From NCBI GenBank assembly GCA_050633245.1, contig JBOEGD010000011.1, positions 160,001 through 224,000 of the forward strand: a stretch of 64,000 nucleotides of DNA, written 5' to 3'. Source of the DNA: Calditrichia bacterium. Its GTDB lineage: Bacteria; Calditrichota; Calditrichia; RBG-13-44-9; J075. The position numbers and the translations under genes were made by a program. The notes beneath the pieces are model-generated. The model was not told the DNA's origin and searched no databases. It saw nothing but the letters and a program-made list of their open reading frames with translations. This document shows, piece by piece, positions 1-9,628 of the stretch (positions are counted from its first letter, which is position 1; each line of letters starts with the position of its first letter).

Positions 1-54
1 CGTTAGCGCTAATATGCCGCGTCGGTGTTTATGCAGTAAATCAAAGAAATTCAA
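1..54 (-). CDS. 5' end of a gene running off the window edge (MNFFDLLHKHRRGILALT...), possibly a signal peptide
   Basis: TTG at 54-52 preceded by AGGA; frame is open to the edge; a sigma54-like promoter lies upstream. Confidence 0.35.
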   Translation of the reverse strand, partial: MNFFDLLHKHRRGILALT

Positions 55-125
55 GAGATTCCTGGCCGTTCGTTTATCCGTTAGTACTCAGTGCCGCCGG
101 GTCTGCGGTAATTGGTCAGAATTTA

Positions 126-141
126 AGCAAATTTTCTGCCA
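126..141 (-). promoter_or_regulatory. Putative sigma54 (-24/-12) promoter
   Basis: Minus strand reads TGGCAGAAAATTTGCT, matching TGGCAC-N5-TTGCW with exact GG/GC spacing. Confidence 0.5.
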
Positions 142-200
142 GAACGGGTATAAACTTAGAATTTATGGAATTTAAAGCTGGAAGGAAAGTTGTTAGTGCG

Positions 201-234
201 CAAAATCCCTATTTCTCAGACAGAAAAATAGGGA
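201..234 (-). terminator. Probable intrinsic terminator of the PorV-like gene
   Basis: TCCCTATTT...AAATAGGGA stem (206-234) followed by a T-run on the minus strand. Confidence 0.55.
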
Positions 235-250
235 CTGTAAATATGGCTAT

Positions 251-1240
251 TTATTCTTTGAAATTGATCAGGATTCCAATGCGGTGCGCATTACCCAATT
301 CCTGATCATAACGGGTAAAAGAATAATCGATTCCAACATGGGGAATAGCGATGCCAACTCCCAGGTTCACCCGCTGAAGGTCGTCATAGCCTCCGCGAAT
401 AAATAATTTTTCCTGATAGACAAACTCACCGCCGACAGCGCCGCCGAGTAAACCACCACCAAGACTGTTTTCGGTAAGGTTCGTGGTGCTTTCACTTTGA
501 ACAACCACATCGAACAGTGGAACGAAGTAGCTGTTAAGACCCGCTACCTGCACACGATAGGAGGTACCTATTCTGAGGGTTGGGCTAACCAGCTCTTTTT
601 CGCCGGTGTCCCAGGTAATAAGAGTCGTTGTTGCATTGCGAAGCATTGCAGAAACGCGCCACTTATGGTTGACAGCCATAAAAAGTCCGGCATCGAGCCC
701 AACGCCATTCGCACTGTTGTTGTCCGTTAGATTGCGGCGAATCATTTTTAGGTTAACGCCCCAGGACCAGCGAGAGCCGACGCGCTGCCCAAGTGACAGT
801 AGCGCAACATAATCCGAGCTGTTGAAGTTTTCAATTGCGCTTTCATCTATTCCAAGTAGACCACCATTGTCATCGAGGATGGCGGCGGCGCGTGAGTCTT
901 TTATGTTGTCTACTCCAAGGCGAATAAGACTTAAACCAACCACGCCATTAGCGGAAAACGGGCGGGCTACACCGAGATAATCATAATTAATGGACGATAG
1001 AAATTGCTGCGTGTGTGTGAAACCCACCTGTAGACCATCAATCTGAACCAGTCCGGCCGGATTGTAAAAGGAGGCGTAGACATCGTCGGACATGGCGGTA
1101 AATGCGCCGCCAAGAGCCTGTGCGCGGGCAGAAACATCAATTGCCATAAACTCGCCGGCATATTTGCGAATTCCCTGTGCCTGCAGGCTGCTGCAGAGCA
1201 TAACGAGAAGAAGCGCCGGGATCAAAATATATCTATTCAT
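251..1240 (-). CDS. porV: PorV/PorQ (UPF0164) family outer-membrane beta-barrel protein, T9SS-associated
   Basis: Signal peptide; 'EFMAIDVSARAQALGGAF...DDVYASFYNPAGL' N-terminal signature; C-terminal 'IDYSF...LGNAHRIG' barrel strands. Confidence 0.75.
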   Translation of the reverse strand: MNRYILIPALLLVMLCSSLQAQGIRKYAGEFMAIDVSARAQALGGAFTAMSDDVYASFYNPAGLVQIDGLQVGFTHTQQFLSSINYDYLGVARPFSANGVVGLSLIRLGVDNIKDSRAAAILDDNGGLLGIDESAIENFNSSDYVALLSLGQRVGSRWSWGVNLKMIRRNLTDNNSANGVGLDAGLFMAVNHKWRVSAMLRNATTTLITWDTGEKELVSPTLRIGTSYRVQVAGLNSYFVPLFDVVVQSESTTNLTENSLGGGLLGGAVGGEFVYQEKLFIRGGYDDLQRVNLGVGIAIPHVGIDYSFTRYDQELGNAHRIGILINFKE

Positions 1241-1470
1241 GTAAAGCGTCCTTTATTCTTGTTAAAACTGAAACGCTGTCATCGTTCAAAAGTTCTTTTT
1301 AATATAGTAAAGAAGGTTTTGCAAAAAAAATGGATAAATTGATCATCTGTTCCATTATATTCACCTAATCAAAAACTGTAGGACAAACTACAAACCAGAA
1401 ACCCGAAAAATGTCAGCCAGATAACAGTTTTGCTTTATTCGTTTCTGTATCGCTGCAACGAGCACCCCCA

Positions 1471-4404
1471 ATGGCCGAATTGCTTAGTCCTGAAATCCTC
1501 TATGAACTGGAATTAACGACCTTTGTCGCATTGGACGTTGAAACCACGGGCCTTGATTCTGCGATTGAATCAATCATCGAATTTGGAGCAGTTCGCTACG
1601 TAAATGGCGAAGCGCGTGATGAAATTAGTCTGAAAATTCATCCCGGAAAGCAAATCTCTGAAAAAATTACCCGAATTACCGGTATTACCAACGACGATGT
1701 TAAGGATGCCCCTAAATTCAGTGACGTATACGAGCAAATAGTTGAATTTATTGGTGATGATCCCGTTGTTGGGCACAATATTCCTTTTGACATGGGCTTT
1801 TTAGAAAACAGCGCTCGTCGTATTAAGCACGACTATGCCGACTGGTCTGGAAAAGAAAAGCCGTATCGGTATTTCACGCAACGTCAGCTGGATACTGTTA
1901 CGTTGGCACGTCTCTATTTACCTTTCCTGCCTTCATTCACGCTATCTTCTCTTGCGGCGCATTTTAATCTGGACAATGGTGGCGCACACCGAGCGCTGCC
2001 CGATGCGCAGATGACAGCCGGCTTATTCCTCGAACTGCTACCTCTTGCCTTGCAAAGCACACTGCCAGACCTTCAGAAAATTCTTTTGATCCTGGAACCA
2101 ACGGATGAACCAATTAAGCGCTTCTTCGAAAAGCTGGCAATTTTTGTGTCCTCTGGAAAATACACGGTCGTTAAGGGCATTGATAAGCAGAATTTTGAAA
2201 TCAATGCCAATCACTACAACATTATCGGGGCCGGGCTCAATCCACTGCCGACTTCGGATGACCATGAAGCGCTTGATGAGAAAGAAGTGGGAGAGTTCTT
2301 CGCCGAGGGTGGAGAACTGTCTCGTGAGTTTGGTGTGTTTGAGGTACGAGAAGAGCAGGTGCGAATGGCACAGGCTATTGCAAATGCGTTCAATGGCAGC
2401 ACCTTCTTAACGGTGGAGGCCGGAACCGGAACCGGCAAGTCAATGGCCTATCTTATTCCCGCGCTCCGCTGGGCAATTCGTAATGCCGGTCAACACGGTC
2501 GCGTGGTGATAAGCACAAATACCAAAAACCTGCAGGAACAGCTCTTTTTTAAAGACCTGCCAATTTTACATAGTATCCTCGGCGATACCTTTAAGGCGGT
2601 TTTGTTGAAAGGAAAGGGAAATTACCTGTGTCTCGATAAGTGGACAACCGCGATGAGCGATATGAAGTATCGGCTGACCACAAAAGAACGGCTTCGCCTG
2701 CTTCCGTTGTTTTATTGGGTGCAGCAAACCGAGACAGGCGATATTTCAGAAAACAATGCGTTTCGCGCTGAGCGAAATATGAATTTGTGGACTAAAATGA
2801 TTGCTGAAAACAATTATTGTCCCGGCAAAAGCTGTAAGTTCTACGATAAGTGTTTTTTGATGAAAGCGCGAAATCACGCACGCGATGCGCATCTGGTTTT
2901 GGTGAATCATTCACTTTTATTCTCCGATCTTGCCACGAACAATGCCGTCTTAGGAGAATATGTAAATGTCATATTTGACGAAGCACATAATTTAGAGAAA
3001 ACGGCCACGGAATATCTCGGGTATGATACAACACTGTGGCAGTTTCGCGACTTTCTAAATAAGCTCTATCAAAAAGATCGTTCAGAAACCGGGGTGTTGA
3101 TTCAGTTAAAACGACGCATTATGGCCGGTAAAATGAAGCAATTTCAGCGCGAAGCTCTACTGCGAATGGTTGATGGGCTATTGGATATCGTACCAGATTC
3201 GCGGCGAGTGGCACAGCAGTTTTTTCGCAAGATGACGCGCCTCCTCAATGAGCATCTCGGACTTGATAAGGCGCAACCTGGTTCAAGGCATCGTTACACG
3301 CCTGAGCAAATGCTCTTCGAGCCGTTGGAGGTGATTTACTCGGAGTTCTTTGAAAAAATTACTACGATAAAAAAGAACCTCGCTGAGCTTCTGGAGTATT
3401 TTACCGATGTTCCGGAAGACTCATTTGAATATCAGCGCCAGTTGTTTCAGGAAATTTCTTCCAAGCACATGCAGGCCGATCTATTGTTGCGGAATCTTCA
3501 GATTCTGATACGCCAAAAAGAGGACGGTTTCGTTTATTGGTTTGAATTACCGACTCGGCAGGACAGCGACGATACACGTCTGTACGCAGCTCCGCTTGAT
3601 GTAGGCGAGTTGCTCGAGGAAAGACTCTTCAATTCACTGCGCACCGCTGTCTTTACATCAGCTACTTTGGCTGTTGGCCAAACGTTTAATTATTTCCAGC
3701 GTAGAATTGGTCTCGATCGCGTAAATCCGTCCCGGGTAAATTCCCTTATGCTCAGCTCTCCATTTGATTATGCCGAGCAAGTTTTATTGGCTGTGCCTGC
3801 ATTTTTACCCGATCCTGCCTCTCCGGATTATAAAGTAAAACTTGCTTCACTAATGGCGGAGGTTGCGAAAGAAAAACGTGGTGTTCTCGGATTGTTCACC
3901 AGCTATGTGTTGTTGCGGCAAATCTATGAATCTGTGCGGGATCCGCTGCAGGCCCAGGCAATTCCACTCCTTGGACAGGGTATGGATGGCAGTAGACACG
4001 CCCTCATTAATCGCTTCAAAAAAGGTGGGTCAGTACTACTTGGTACCGATAGCTTTTGGGAGGGAATAGATGTTCCGGGTGACGCACTGCAAAATGTTTT
4101 TATCACCAAGTTACCTTTCGATGTGCCCAGTGACCCGGTTATTCAAGCTCGATCCGAATTGATTAAGGAGCGTGGTGGAAACGCGTTTATGGAGTTCTCT
4201 GTGCCTGAAGCGGTGATTCGTTTTCGGCAGGGGTTTGGTCGTCTCATTCGTCGTCGTTCAGACTTTGGCGCAGTGATAATAACCGATACCAGGGTTCATT
4301 CCAAGAGATATGGCAAAGTCTTTCTGAGATCACTACCGGTAAATGCCCGCGTTTATCACGAAAAAGCTGAATTTCTGACCGCATTACACAGCTGGTTTAA
4401 ATAA
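1471..4404 (+). CDS. dinG: DnaQ-like 3'-5' exonuclease fused to DinG family helicase
   Basis: DEDDh motifs (LDVETTG, GHNIPFD, HRALPDA); Walker A 'EAGTGTGKS'; DEAH; 'FWEGIDVPG'; 'QGFGRLIR'; Fe-S-type Cys residues. Confidence 0.93.
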   Translation: MAELLSPEILYELELTTFVALDVETTGLDSAIESIIEFGAVRYVNGEARDEISLKIHPGKQISEKITRITGITNDDVKDAPKFSDVYEQIVEFIGDDPVVGHNIPFDMGFLENSARRIKHDYADWSGKEKPYRYFTQRQLDTVTLARLYLPFLPSFTLSSLAAHFNLDNGGAHRALPDAQMTAGLFLELLPLALQSTLPDLQKILLILEPTDEPIKRFFEKLAIFVSSGKYTVVKGIDKQNFEINANHYNIIGAGLNPLPTSDDHEALDEKEVGEFFAEGGELSREFGVFEVREEQVRMAQAIANAFNGSTFLTVEAGTGTGKSMAYLIPALRWAIRNAGQHGRVVISTNTKNLQEQLFFKDLPILHSILGDTFKAVLLKGKGNYLCLDKWTTAMSDMKYRLTTKERLRLLPLFYWVQQTETGDISENNAFRAERNMNLWTKMIAENNYCPGKSCKFYDKCFLMKARNHARDAHLVLVNHSLLFSDLATNNAVLGEYVNVIFDEAHNLEKTATEYLGYDTTLWQFRDFLNKLYQKDRSETGVLIQLKRRIMAGKMKQFQREALLRMVDGLLDIVPDSRRVAQQFFRKMTRLLNEHLGLDKAQPGSRHRYTPEQMLFEPLEVIYSEFFEKITTIKKNLAELLEYFTDVPEDSFEYQRQLFQEISSKHMQADLLLRNLQILIRQKEDGFVYWFELPTRQDSDDTRLYAAPLDVGELLEERLFNSLRTAVFTSATLAVGQTFNYFQRRIGLDRVNPSRVNSLMLSSPFDYAEQVLLAVPAFLPDPASPDYKVKLASLMAEVAKEKRGVLGLFTSYVLLRQIYESVRDPLQAQAIPLLGQGMDGSRHALINRFKKGGSVLLGTDSFWEGIDVPGDALQNVFITKLPFDVPSDPVIQARSELIKERGGNAFMEFSVPEAVIRFRQGFGRLIRRRSDFGAVIITDTRVHSKRYGKVFLRSLPVNARVYHEKAEFLTALHSWFK

Positions 4405-4600
4405 TGCTACACAGATATAATTGACATTCCTCAACCGCAATCCCAAAACATATCCGTTAATTCCCTGCAATATGTATGAAATTGATGCTATTTCTAGTTG
4501 TCTGAATTACCGCAATATGGGCTTTGAGTGAAACAACATTTGCTTGCATTCAAGTCTCTAAAAAGTTATTATTGTTGGTATTAGGACAGGGAAAAAAGAA

Positions 4601-5749
4601 GTGGCAATTTTAAATACATATCGAAAAACGCAGGAAAAGCTAGGCATTATCGGTGAATCTGAGGCAATTCGCGAGCTCATCGAACTGATAATATCTATTG
4701 CGCCAACGAATATTACGGTTTTGATATCCGGTGAAAGTGGTGTCGGTAAAGAGGTTTTTGCCAAAGCCATTCATGAGCTCAGTAGCCGTAACAAAGCCAA
4801 TATGGTTTCGGTAAACTGTGGAGCAATTCCTGAAGGTTTGCTGGAAAGTGAGTTGTTTGGTCATGAACGTGGCGCTTTTACCGGAGCGATTTCGAGTAAA
4901 AAGGGCTATTTTGAGCTGGCAGACAAAGGCACGATTCTGCTGGATGAAATCGGTGAAATGCCGCTACAAACGCAAGTGAAGTTACTGCGCGTTCTGGAAA
5001 CCGGCGAATTTATGCGGGTGGGCAGCGGAGAGCTACAAAAGGTTGATGTTCGGGTTCTTGCTGCTACAAATCGCGATTTAAGCAGGATGGTCGAGCAGAA
5101 GCAGTTTCGAAAAGATCTTTATTATCGATTAAAGGCTGTGGGAATGCAGATTCCTGCTTTGCGGGATCGTTTGGAAGATGTGCCGCTGCTGATGGAACAA
5201 TTTTTAATCGATCTGAAGGAAAAAGAGCATGTTGAGATCGGTGGCTTCACAGAAGATGCGCTACAGGTTCTCAGCAAATACACCTGGCCCGGTAATGTCC
5301 GGGAACTGCGAAATTTTGTTGAAACGACGGTGGTTTTAGCTCGGGGAGCAAAAGTAGACGGTCAGATGGTTCGCGAACATCTGCATTATGATGAGCCGGT
5401 TACGATTTCTAAAGCGCTCCCGGTTCCTTTAAATAAGAGTGTTGAAGAAGCAGAGCGGGAACTTATCTATAAGGCGTTGGTTTCTTTAGGGCTGGAAGTA
5501 AAAGAAATGCGTCTTGCGTTCAATCAGCTTACCGATAGATTGAATACGCTTGGCGGTGATGAAGAATTGACATATGCCCCGGTCTCACAAAACGGCGATG
5601 ACATACGACCGTTAGATGACATGGAGCGTGATATGATAGAGAGGGCTCTCGACAAATATCGCGGCAATCGCCGCAAGGTCGCAAGGGCATTAAACATCAG
5701 CGAACGAACGTTATATCGAAAAATAAAAGAATATGACCTCGCTCAGTAA
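4601..5749 (+). CDS. Sigma54-dependent Fis-family transcriptional activator (AAA+ plus HTH, no receiver domain)
   Basis: GESGVGKE, ESELFGHERGAFTGA, LLDEIGE, WPGNVREL, C-terminal Fis HTH. Confidence 0.93.
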   Translation: MAILNTYRKTQEKLGIIGESEAIRELIELIISIAPTNITVLISGESGVGKEVFAKAIHELSSRNKANMVSVNCGAIPEGLLESELFGHERGAFTGAISSKKGYFELADKGTILLDEIGEMPLQTQVKLLRVLETGEFMRVGSGELQKVDVRVLAATNRDLSRMVEQKQFRKDLYYRLKAVGMQIPALRDRLEDVPLLMEQFLIDLKEKEHVEIGGFTEDALQVLSKYTWPGNVRELRNFVETTVVLARGAKVDGQMVREHLHYDEPVTISKALPVPLNKSVEEAERELIYKALVSLGLEVKEMRLAFNQLTDRLNTLGGDEELTYAPVSQNGDDIRPLDDMERDMIERALDKYRGNRRKVARALNISERTLYRKIKEYDLAQ

Positions 5750-6245
5750 GACACTGCAGATTACATGTATAATCTGTCTGCTCGCCCTAACCGGATGCGT
5801 GAAATACTCATTCCGTGGGGCTCTGCCGTCGTCAATAAAGACGATTGCGATCCCGTTTTTTGAGGATCGTGCGCGAGTGAAATGGGTAGGACTGCAGGAG
5901 AAGATTTCTGAGCAAGTATCAACTGCCTTCCTTGAAGATAATACCCTTTCAGTAATAACAGATGAAGAAAGTAGCGATCTGCTACTTACTGGTACAATTG
6001 TAGATGTGCGAACCCAGGCGGTTTCCATCAGCCAGGATGAGGATGTTGAACAGGAGCAGGTTGTTGTTGTTTTAAAAATAGAATGTTTAAACCAATCTCT
6101 GGGGAAACCGCTCTGGACGGGGCAAATCCGAGACTTTGCTGAAGTAGACGGCTCCGCCGGAACAGCAGAGATTGAGCAGGCCATTGACATCGCAGTCGAA
6201 AAACTCGTGTCCGAAATTGTGGACAGAACGATTGCAGCGTGGTAG
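5733..6245 (+). CDS. lptE: LPS assembly lipoprotein LptE
   Basis: Lipobox LTGC followed by 'YSFRGA...IKTIAIPFF', C-terminal W; follows the sigma54 activator as in FCB genomes. Confidence 0.8.
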   Translation: MTSLSKTLQITCIICLLALTGCVKYSFRGALPSSIKTIAIPFFEDRARVKWVGLQEKISEQVSTAFLEDNTLSVITDEESSDLLLTGTIVDVRTQAVSISQDEDVEQEQVVVVLKIECLNQSLGKPLWTGQIRDFAEVDGSAGTAEIEQAIDIAVEKLVSEIVDRTIAAW

Positions 6246-6272
6246 ACTTATCACAGGAAGGAATCATATTTT

Positions 6273-7850
6273 ATGGCATCAAAAATTGAACTTGCCGACC
6301 TTGAACGTTTGAATGATGAGAATTCCAACTCGATTGTATTTGCGGCTCTTGCTGCGAAGTATATTGAAATGGGACTCGTTGATAAAGCACTGTCTATCGC
6401 CAGCCGTGGTGTCGATAAGTATCCAGATTATGCCTATGGCCAATATGTTCTTGCACTTTGTCATTACAATTTAAATGACTACGCGAAGGCGAAAAGCCGC
6501 CTTGAGGTGTCTTTGGCGCTTGATGACAAGAATCCGCGCGGCTGGAAGCTTGCAAGTGATGTAAATGAGCAGATGAATTTGCCGCTGCTCGCTGATGAGT
6601 GCCGAATGCATTATTTCCTACACGATTCATTCAACACCGATGCCGTAGAATTATTCCAGAAACATGATGCAATAAGTTTTACCGACTTCGAAGCCGATCC
6701 CTCCATTAGCGTTACAAATGAAACCGGCCCTTACATGAATGCCGAGCCTGAGCCGGAAATGGTAGAGGTAGAGGAAATAACTGATTCCACTATCGATCTT
6801 GGCTTCACTGAAGATACCGAACCCGAAGCGGATCTCGATCAATTTTTTGATGATGTTCCTGCCGAAGAGGAAATCAATATTTCTCAGAAAGTTGAAGAAG
6901 TCTTTAAGGAAACTCTTGGAGACATGTCCATCGAAACAACGCTGGATGATTTCAGGGAACCACAGGATGTCGAAGATGTCTCTATTATTGATGCTTCGAT
7001 TATCGATGAAGATGATGACAGTACCCGTGAGGCAGACAGCGGTGAAGTCGAGCAAGATCTTCTGGACATGGAAGACCAAAGTCGCGCTATTGATGTAAAC
7101 AAATTGTTCTCTGAATTTGAGGTTGGCGAAACGCCTGATGAAGCCCTTTCGATGAGCGAAACGACTGATTTGGAAGACGTGAGTGCACCTGCTGTTTCAA
7201 CTGAAGATGAAACCTATGATCAGGTAGACGATGACTTTTTGGACTTTAGCTCTGTTGTAGAAGAAATTATTTCCGAGCGAGATGATGAAACACGCGGCGG
7301 CATTGCAAATGCCAGCGATCTTGAGGCATTCGAATCGGATGATGACAGTATTACTTTCGAGGCTCTTGAGGTAGGCGACGACAGTATTACTTTCGAAGCG
7401 CTTGAAATTGCAGAAGAAGCCTCGGAAATAAACGCAATTCCGGCGCCTCAGGAAGAGGAAGAAGATGTGTCTTTCGAAAGCCTGGACCTGACTGATGACA
7501 GTATCGCTTTCGATCTGCAGGATGTAACGGACGAAAATATCACGCTCGAAGATTTTAATATCGAAGAGGAAGATAGCGTTACTCTGGATGAAGATGATGT
7601 GCAAGATGATAATACCTATGAGGCTTTATCGCCGGATGGTGCCACATCCGAACCTCAGGATAACACTACGCGTTTTGGTCGACCACCCATTCTTTCCCCA
7701 ACGTTGGGAGAAATATATATCGCCCAAGGACGTTTTGAAGAAGCTATTGAGGTTTTTCAGCAGCTACTCGAAAAAGACCCGGGTAACCAACGGTTTCAGA
7801 AGAAGATTAATGATATTCAAGCTATGCTCGACAAACAGCGCAGTAATTAA
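6273..7850 (+). CDS. TPR protein with long acidic linker and C-terminal TPR
   Basis: N-terminal TPRs, D/E-rich central region, 'SPTLGEIYIAQGRFEEAIEVFQQL' terminal TPR. Confidence 0.8.
   Translation: MASKIELADLERLNDENSNSIVFAALAAKYIEMGLVDKALSIASRGVDKYPDYAYGQYVLALCHYNLNDYAKAKSRLEVSLALDDKNPRGWKLASDVNEQMNLPLLADECRMHYFLHDSFNTDAVELFQKHDAISFTDFEADPSISVTNETGPYMNAEPEPEMVEVEEITDSTIDLGFTEDTEPEADLDQFFDDVPAEEEINISQKVEEVFKETLGDMSIETTLDDFREPQDVEDVSIIDASIIDEDDDSTREADSGEVEQDLLDMEDQSRAIDVNKLFSEFEVGETPDEALSMSETTDLEDVSAPAVSTEDETYDQVDDDFLDFSSVVEEIISERDDETRGGIANASDLEAFESDDDSITFEALEVGDDSITFEALEIAEEASEINAIPAPQEEEEDVSFESLDLTDDSIAFDLQDVTDENITLEDFNIEEEDSVTLDEDDVQDDNTYEALSPDGATSEPQDNTTRFGRPPILSPTLGEIYIAQGRFEEAIEVFQQLLEKDPGNQRFQKKINDIQAMLDKQRSN
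7341..7406 (+). repeat. 36-bp-period intragenic direct repeat (DDSITFEALE x2)
   Basis: GATGACAGTATTACTTTCGAGGCTCTTGAG at 7341 and GACGACAGTATTACTTTCGAAGCGCTTGAA at 7377. Confidence 0.8.
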
Positions 7851-9518
7851 TTAGCTTCGTTGTAAGGGCAAGGCATGAATCTTACCTTTTGCACAGCGAG
7901 GGCAAATGCTCTTGCTGAATTCCGCATCACTGTTCTCATTTATATATCGCTCTATTCGCTGCCAGTATCCGGTATCTGTTCGAACGTCTTTGCAGGTAGA
8001 ACAGATCGGCAGAAATCCACTTAACCGCTTAATCTTCGACATTGCTTCATGCAGCTCTGATGATTGCCGTATCATATGGCGATTTACTACTTTCAACTCC
8101 TTATTTGCCGCCTCGAGTTCTTTAAAGGCCCTTTTTAGCTCGTTATGTGCTTTCTTGCGAATGCGATAGCGACTCAGAAGTAGTCCCGCAATTATCCCAC
8201 AGGTAATAACGATTCCCAGAAGTGCGTATGTCCAGGTCTGCTGCCGCGTGAGAATCGCTTGCTTTAGCTCGGCATCTTTTTGCAGAAGCGCGACTTCTTT
8301 TTCCTTCTGGAAAATCGAGTTAAATGTTGCAATTCTGTTGCTTACTTTACGCTGCATAACGCTGTCTTCGGCGATTTTTACCTGACGTTGATAAACCAGC
8401 GCGCCCTGATAATCCCGTCGTTCTTCACATAGCAGCGCCAGCGTTTCCAGGCTGGCAATAACCAGTTCGGTATTACCCGCTTCACGAGATTTCCATAAGG
8501 CATCTTTTCCAAGCCGCATTGCTATTACATTCTGACGCAATTTGCCATTCGCCACTGCGGTATTTAACTGGATCCGAATACCCAACTCTTTGTTGTTTAG
8601 CTGACTTGAATTCTCCATGGCTGATGCAAAATAATCCATTGCCAGTCCATAGCGGTTTTTTAGGAGATAGTTTTTGCCGATATGATTTGCAGATTCGGCA
8701 ACTCCCTCCATATCATCCAGTGCCTCGCGTGTTTTATAGGCCTTGAAATGAAATTCAAGCGCTTTCGAATATTCCTGCATAGACTGGTATAGACTGCCAA
8801 TGTTATTGAGAAAGCGTCCGGTTCTTACTGAATCGCCCAATTTCTTCGTAATGTTAAGTGCACTGGTTAAGTGCGTCAGAGCTCGTGAGTTATCGTTTAT
8901 CTGCTGATAAATTAAACCAATCTCTGCATATACATCTGCTTCAGCGAGCAGGTCGGAGCGCTTCTTCTGACATTCCAGCGCTTTGTAAAAGTAATCGAGA
9001 GACTCTTGATAGCTGCCAAGTTTGCGGTAAATAATGCCTAAGTTCAGGTTGTTTTCACAGTCCAAACTATCCCCGCTTATTCGTTCTGACTGGAGGCCGG
9101 CAGCGAGCGCATGATCGAGATTGCCCATTTTACGTTGGATAATGCTGATTTGTAGAAAGGTCGCTGCAAGCGTTGTATGATTTGCAGCTTGCTCTGCCAA
9201 GAGTTTTCCTCGCTCCGCAAAGACCAGCGCATCAAAATGTTTGCCAAGCCTTAGATAGGCTTTGCTAATTCCGATGACCACCTCGATCTCTGTTTCATTT
9301 TCTGGAAATTGAGATAGAAGGACCAGTGCTTCACGCCCATAAGCAATGGCATTGTGAGGGATACGGGTTTGGTAGTCCTCGACAAGTTCTGCCAATAACG
9401 GAACTTTTTGTTCGCCGCTTAAGCCGGCAAGAGTTTTTTCTTTACTGTTTACATGCGATTGAGCATGTACGGGCGGCGCTATTAGAAATAGCGACACCAA
9501 AAGAGCGTATAGACGCAT
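7851..9518 (-). CDS. Extracytoplasmic TPR sensor-like membrane protein with C-terminal Cys4 domain
   Basis: Signal peptide, multiple TPRs, one TM, coiled coil, then 'LPICSTCKDVR...W...Y...FSKSICPRC'. Confidence 0.8.
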   Translation of the reverse strand: MRLYALLVSLFLIAPPVHAQSHVNSKEKTLAGLSGEQKVPLLAELVEDYQTRIPHNAIAYGREALVLLSQFPENETEIEVVIGISKAYLRLGKHFDALVFAERGKLLAEQAANHTTLAATFLQISIIQRKMGNLDHALAAGLQSERISGDSLDCENNLNLGIIYRKLGSYQESLDYFYKALECQKKRSDLLAEADVYAEIGLIYQQINDNSRALTHLTSALNITKKLGDSVRTGRFLNNIGSLYQSMQEYSKALEFHFKAYKTREALDDMEGVAESANHIGKNYLLKNRYGLAMDYFASAMENSSQLNNKELGIRIQLNTAVANGKLRQNVIAMRLGKDALWKSREAGNTELVIASLETLALLCEERRDYQGALVYQRQVKIAEDSVMQRKVSNRIATFNSIFQKEKEVALLQKDAELKQAILTRQQTWTYALLGIVITCGIIAGLLLSRYRIRKKAHNELKRAFKELEAANKELKVVNRHMIRQSSELHEAMSKIKRLSGFLPICSTCKDVRTDTGYWQRIERYINENSDAEFSKSICPRCAKGKIHALPLQRS

Positions 9519-9628
9519 AGCTGCCTCTGTGATGTGATATTGTTTGTGATCGGAGAATGCGGTTAAAAAAATTTTGCAGATAAGTTAGTATCGGCGGGTT
9601 AAAGGCTCGGCATTAGCAGGAAAATTGA

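Noticed and set aside
9582-9616. Sigma28-like promoter (GCCGATAC) upstream of the TPR-Cys4 gene
   Set aside because: The -35 element and spacing do not fit well enough to call
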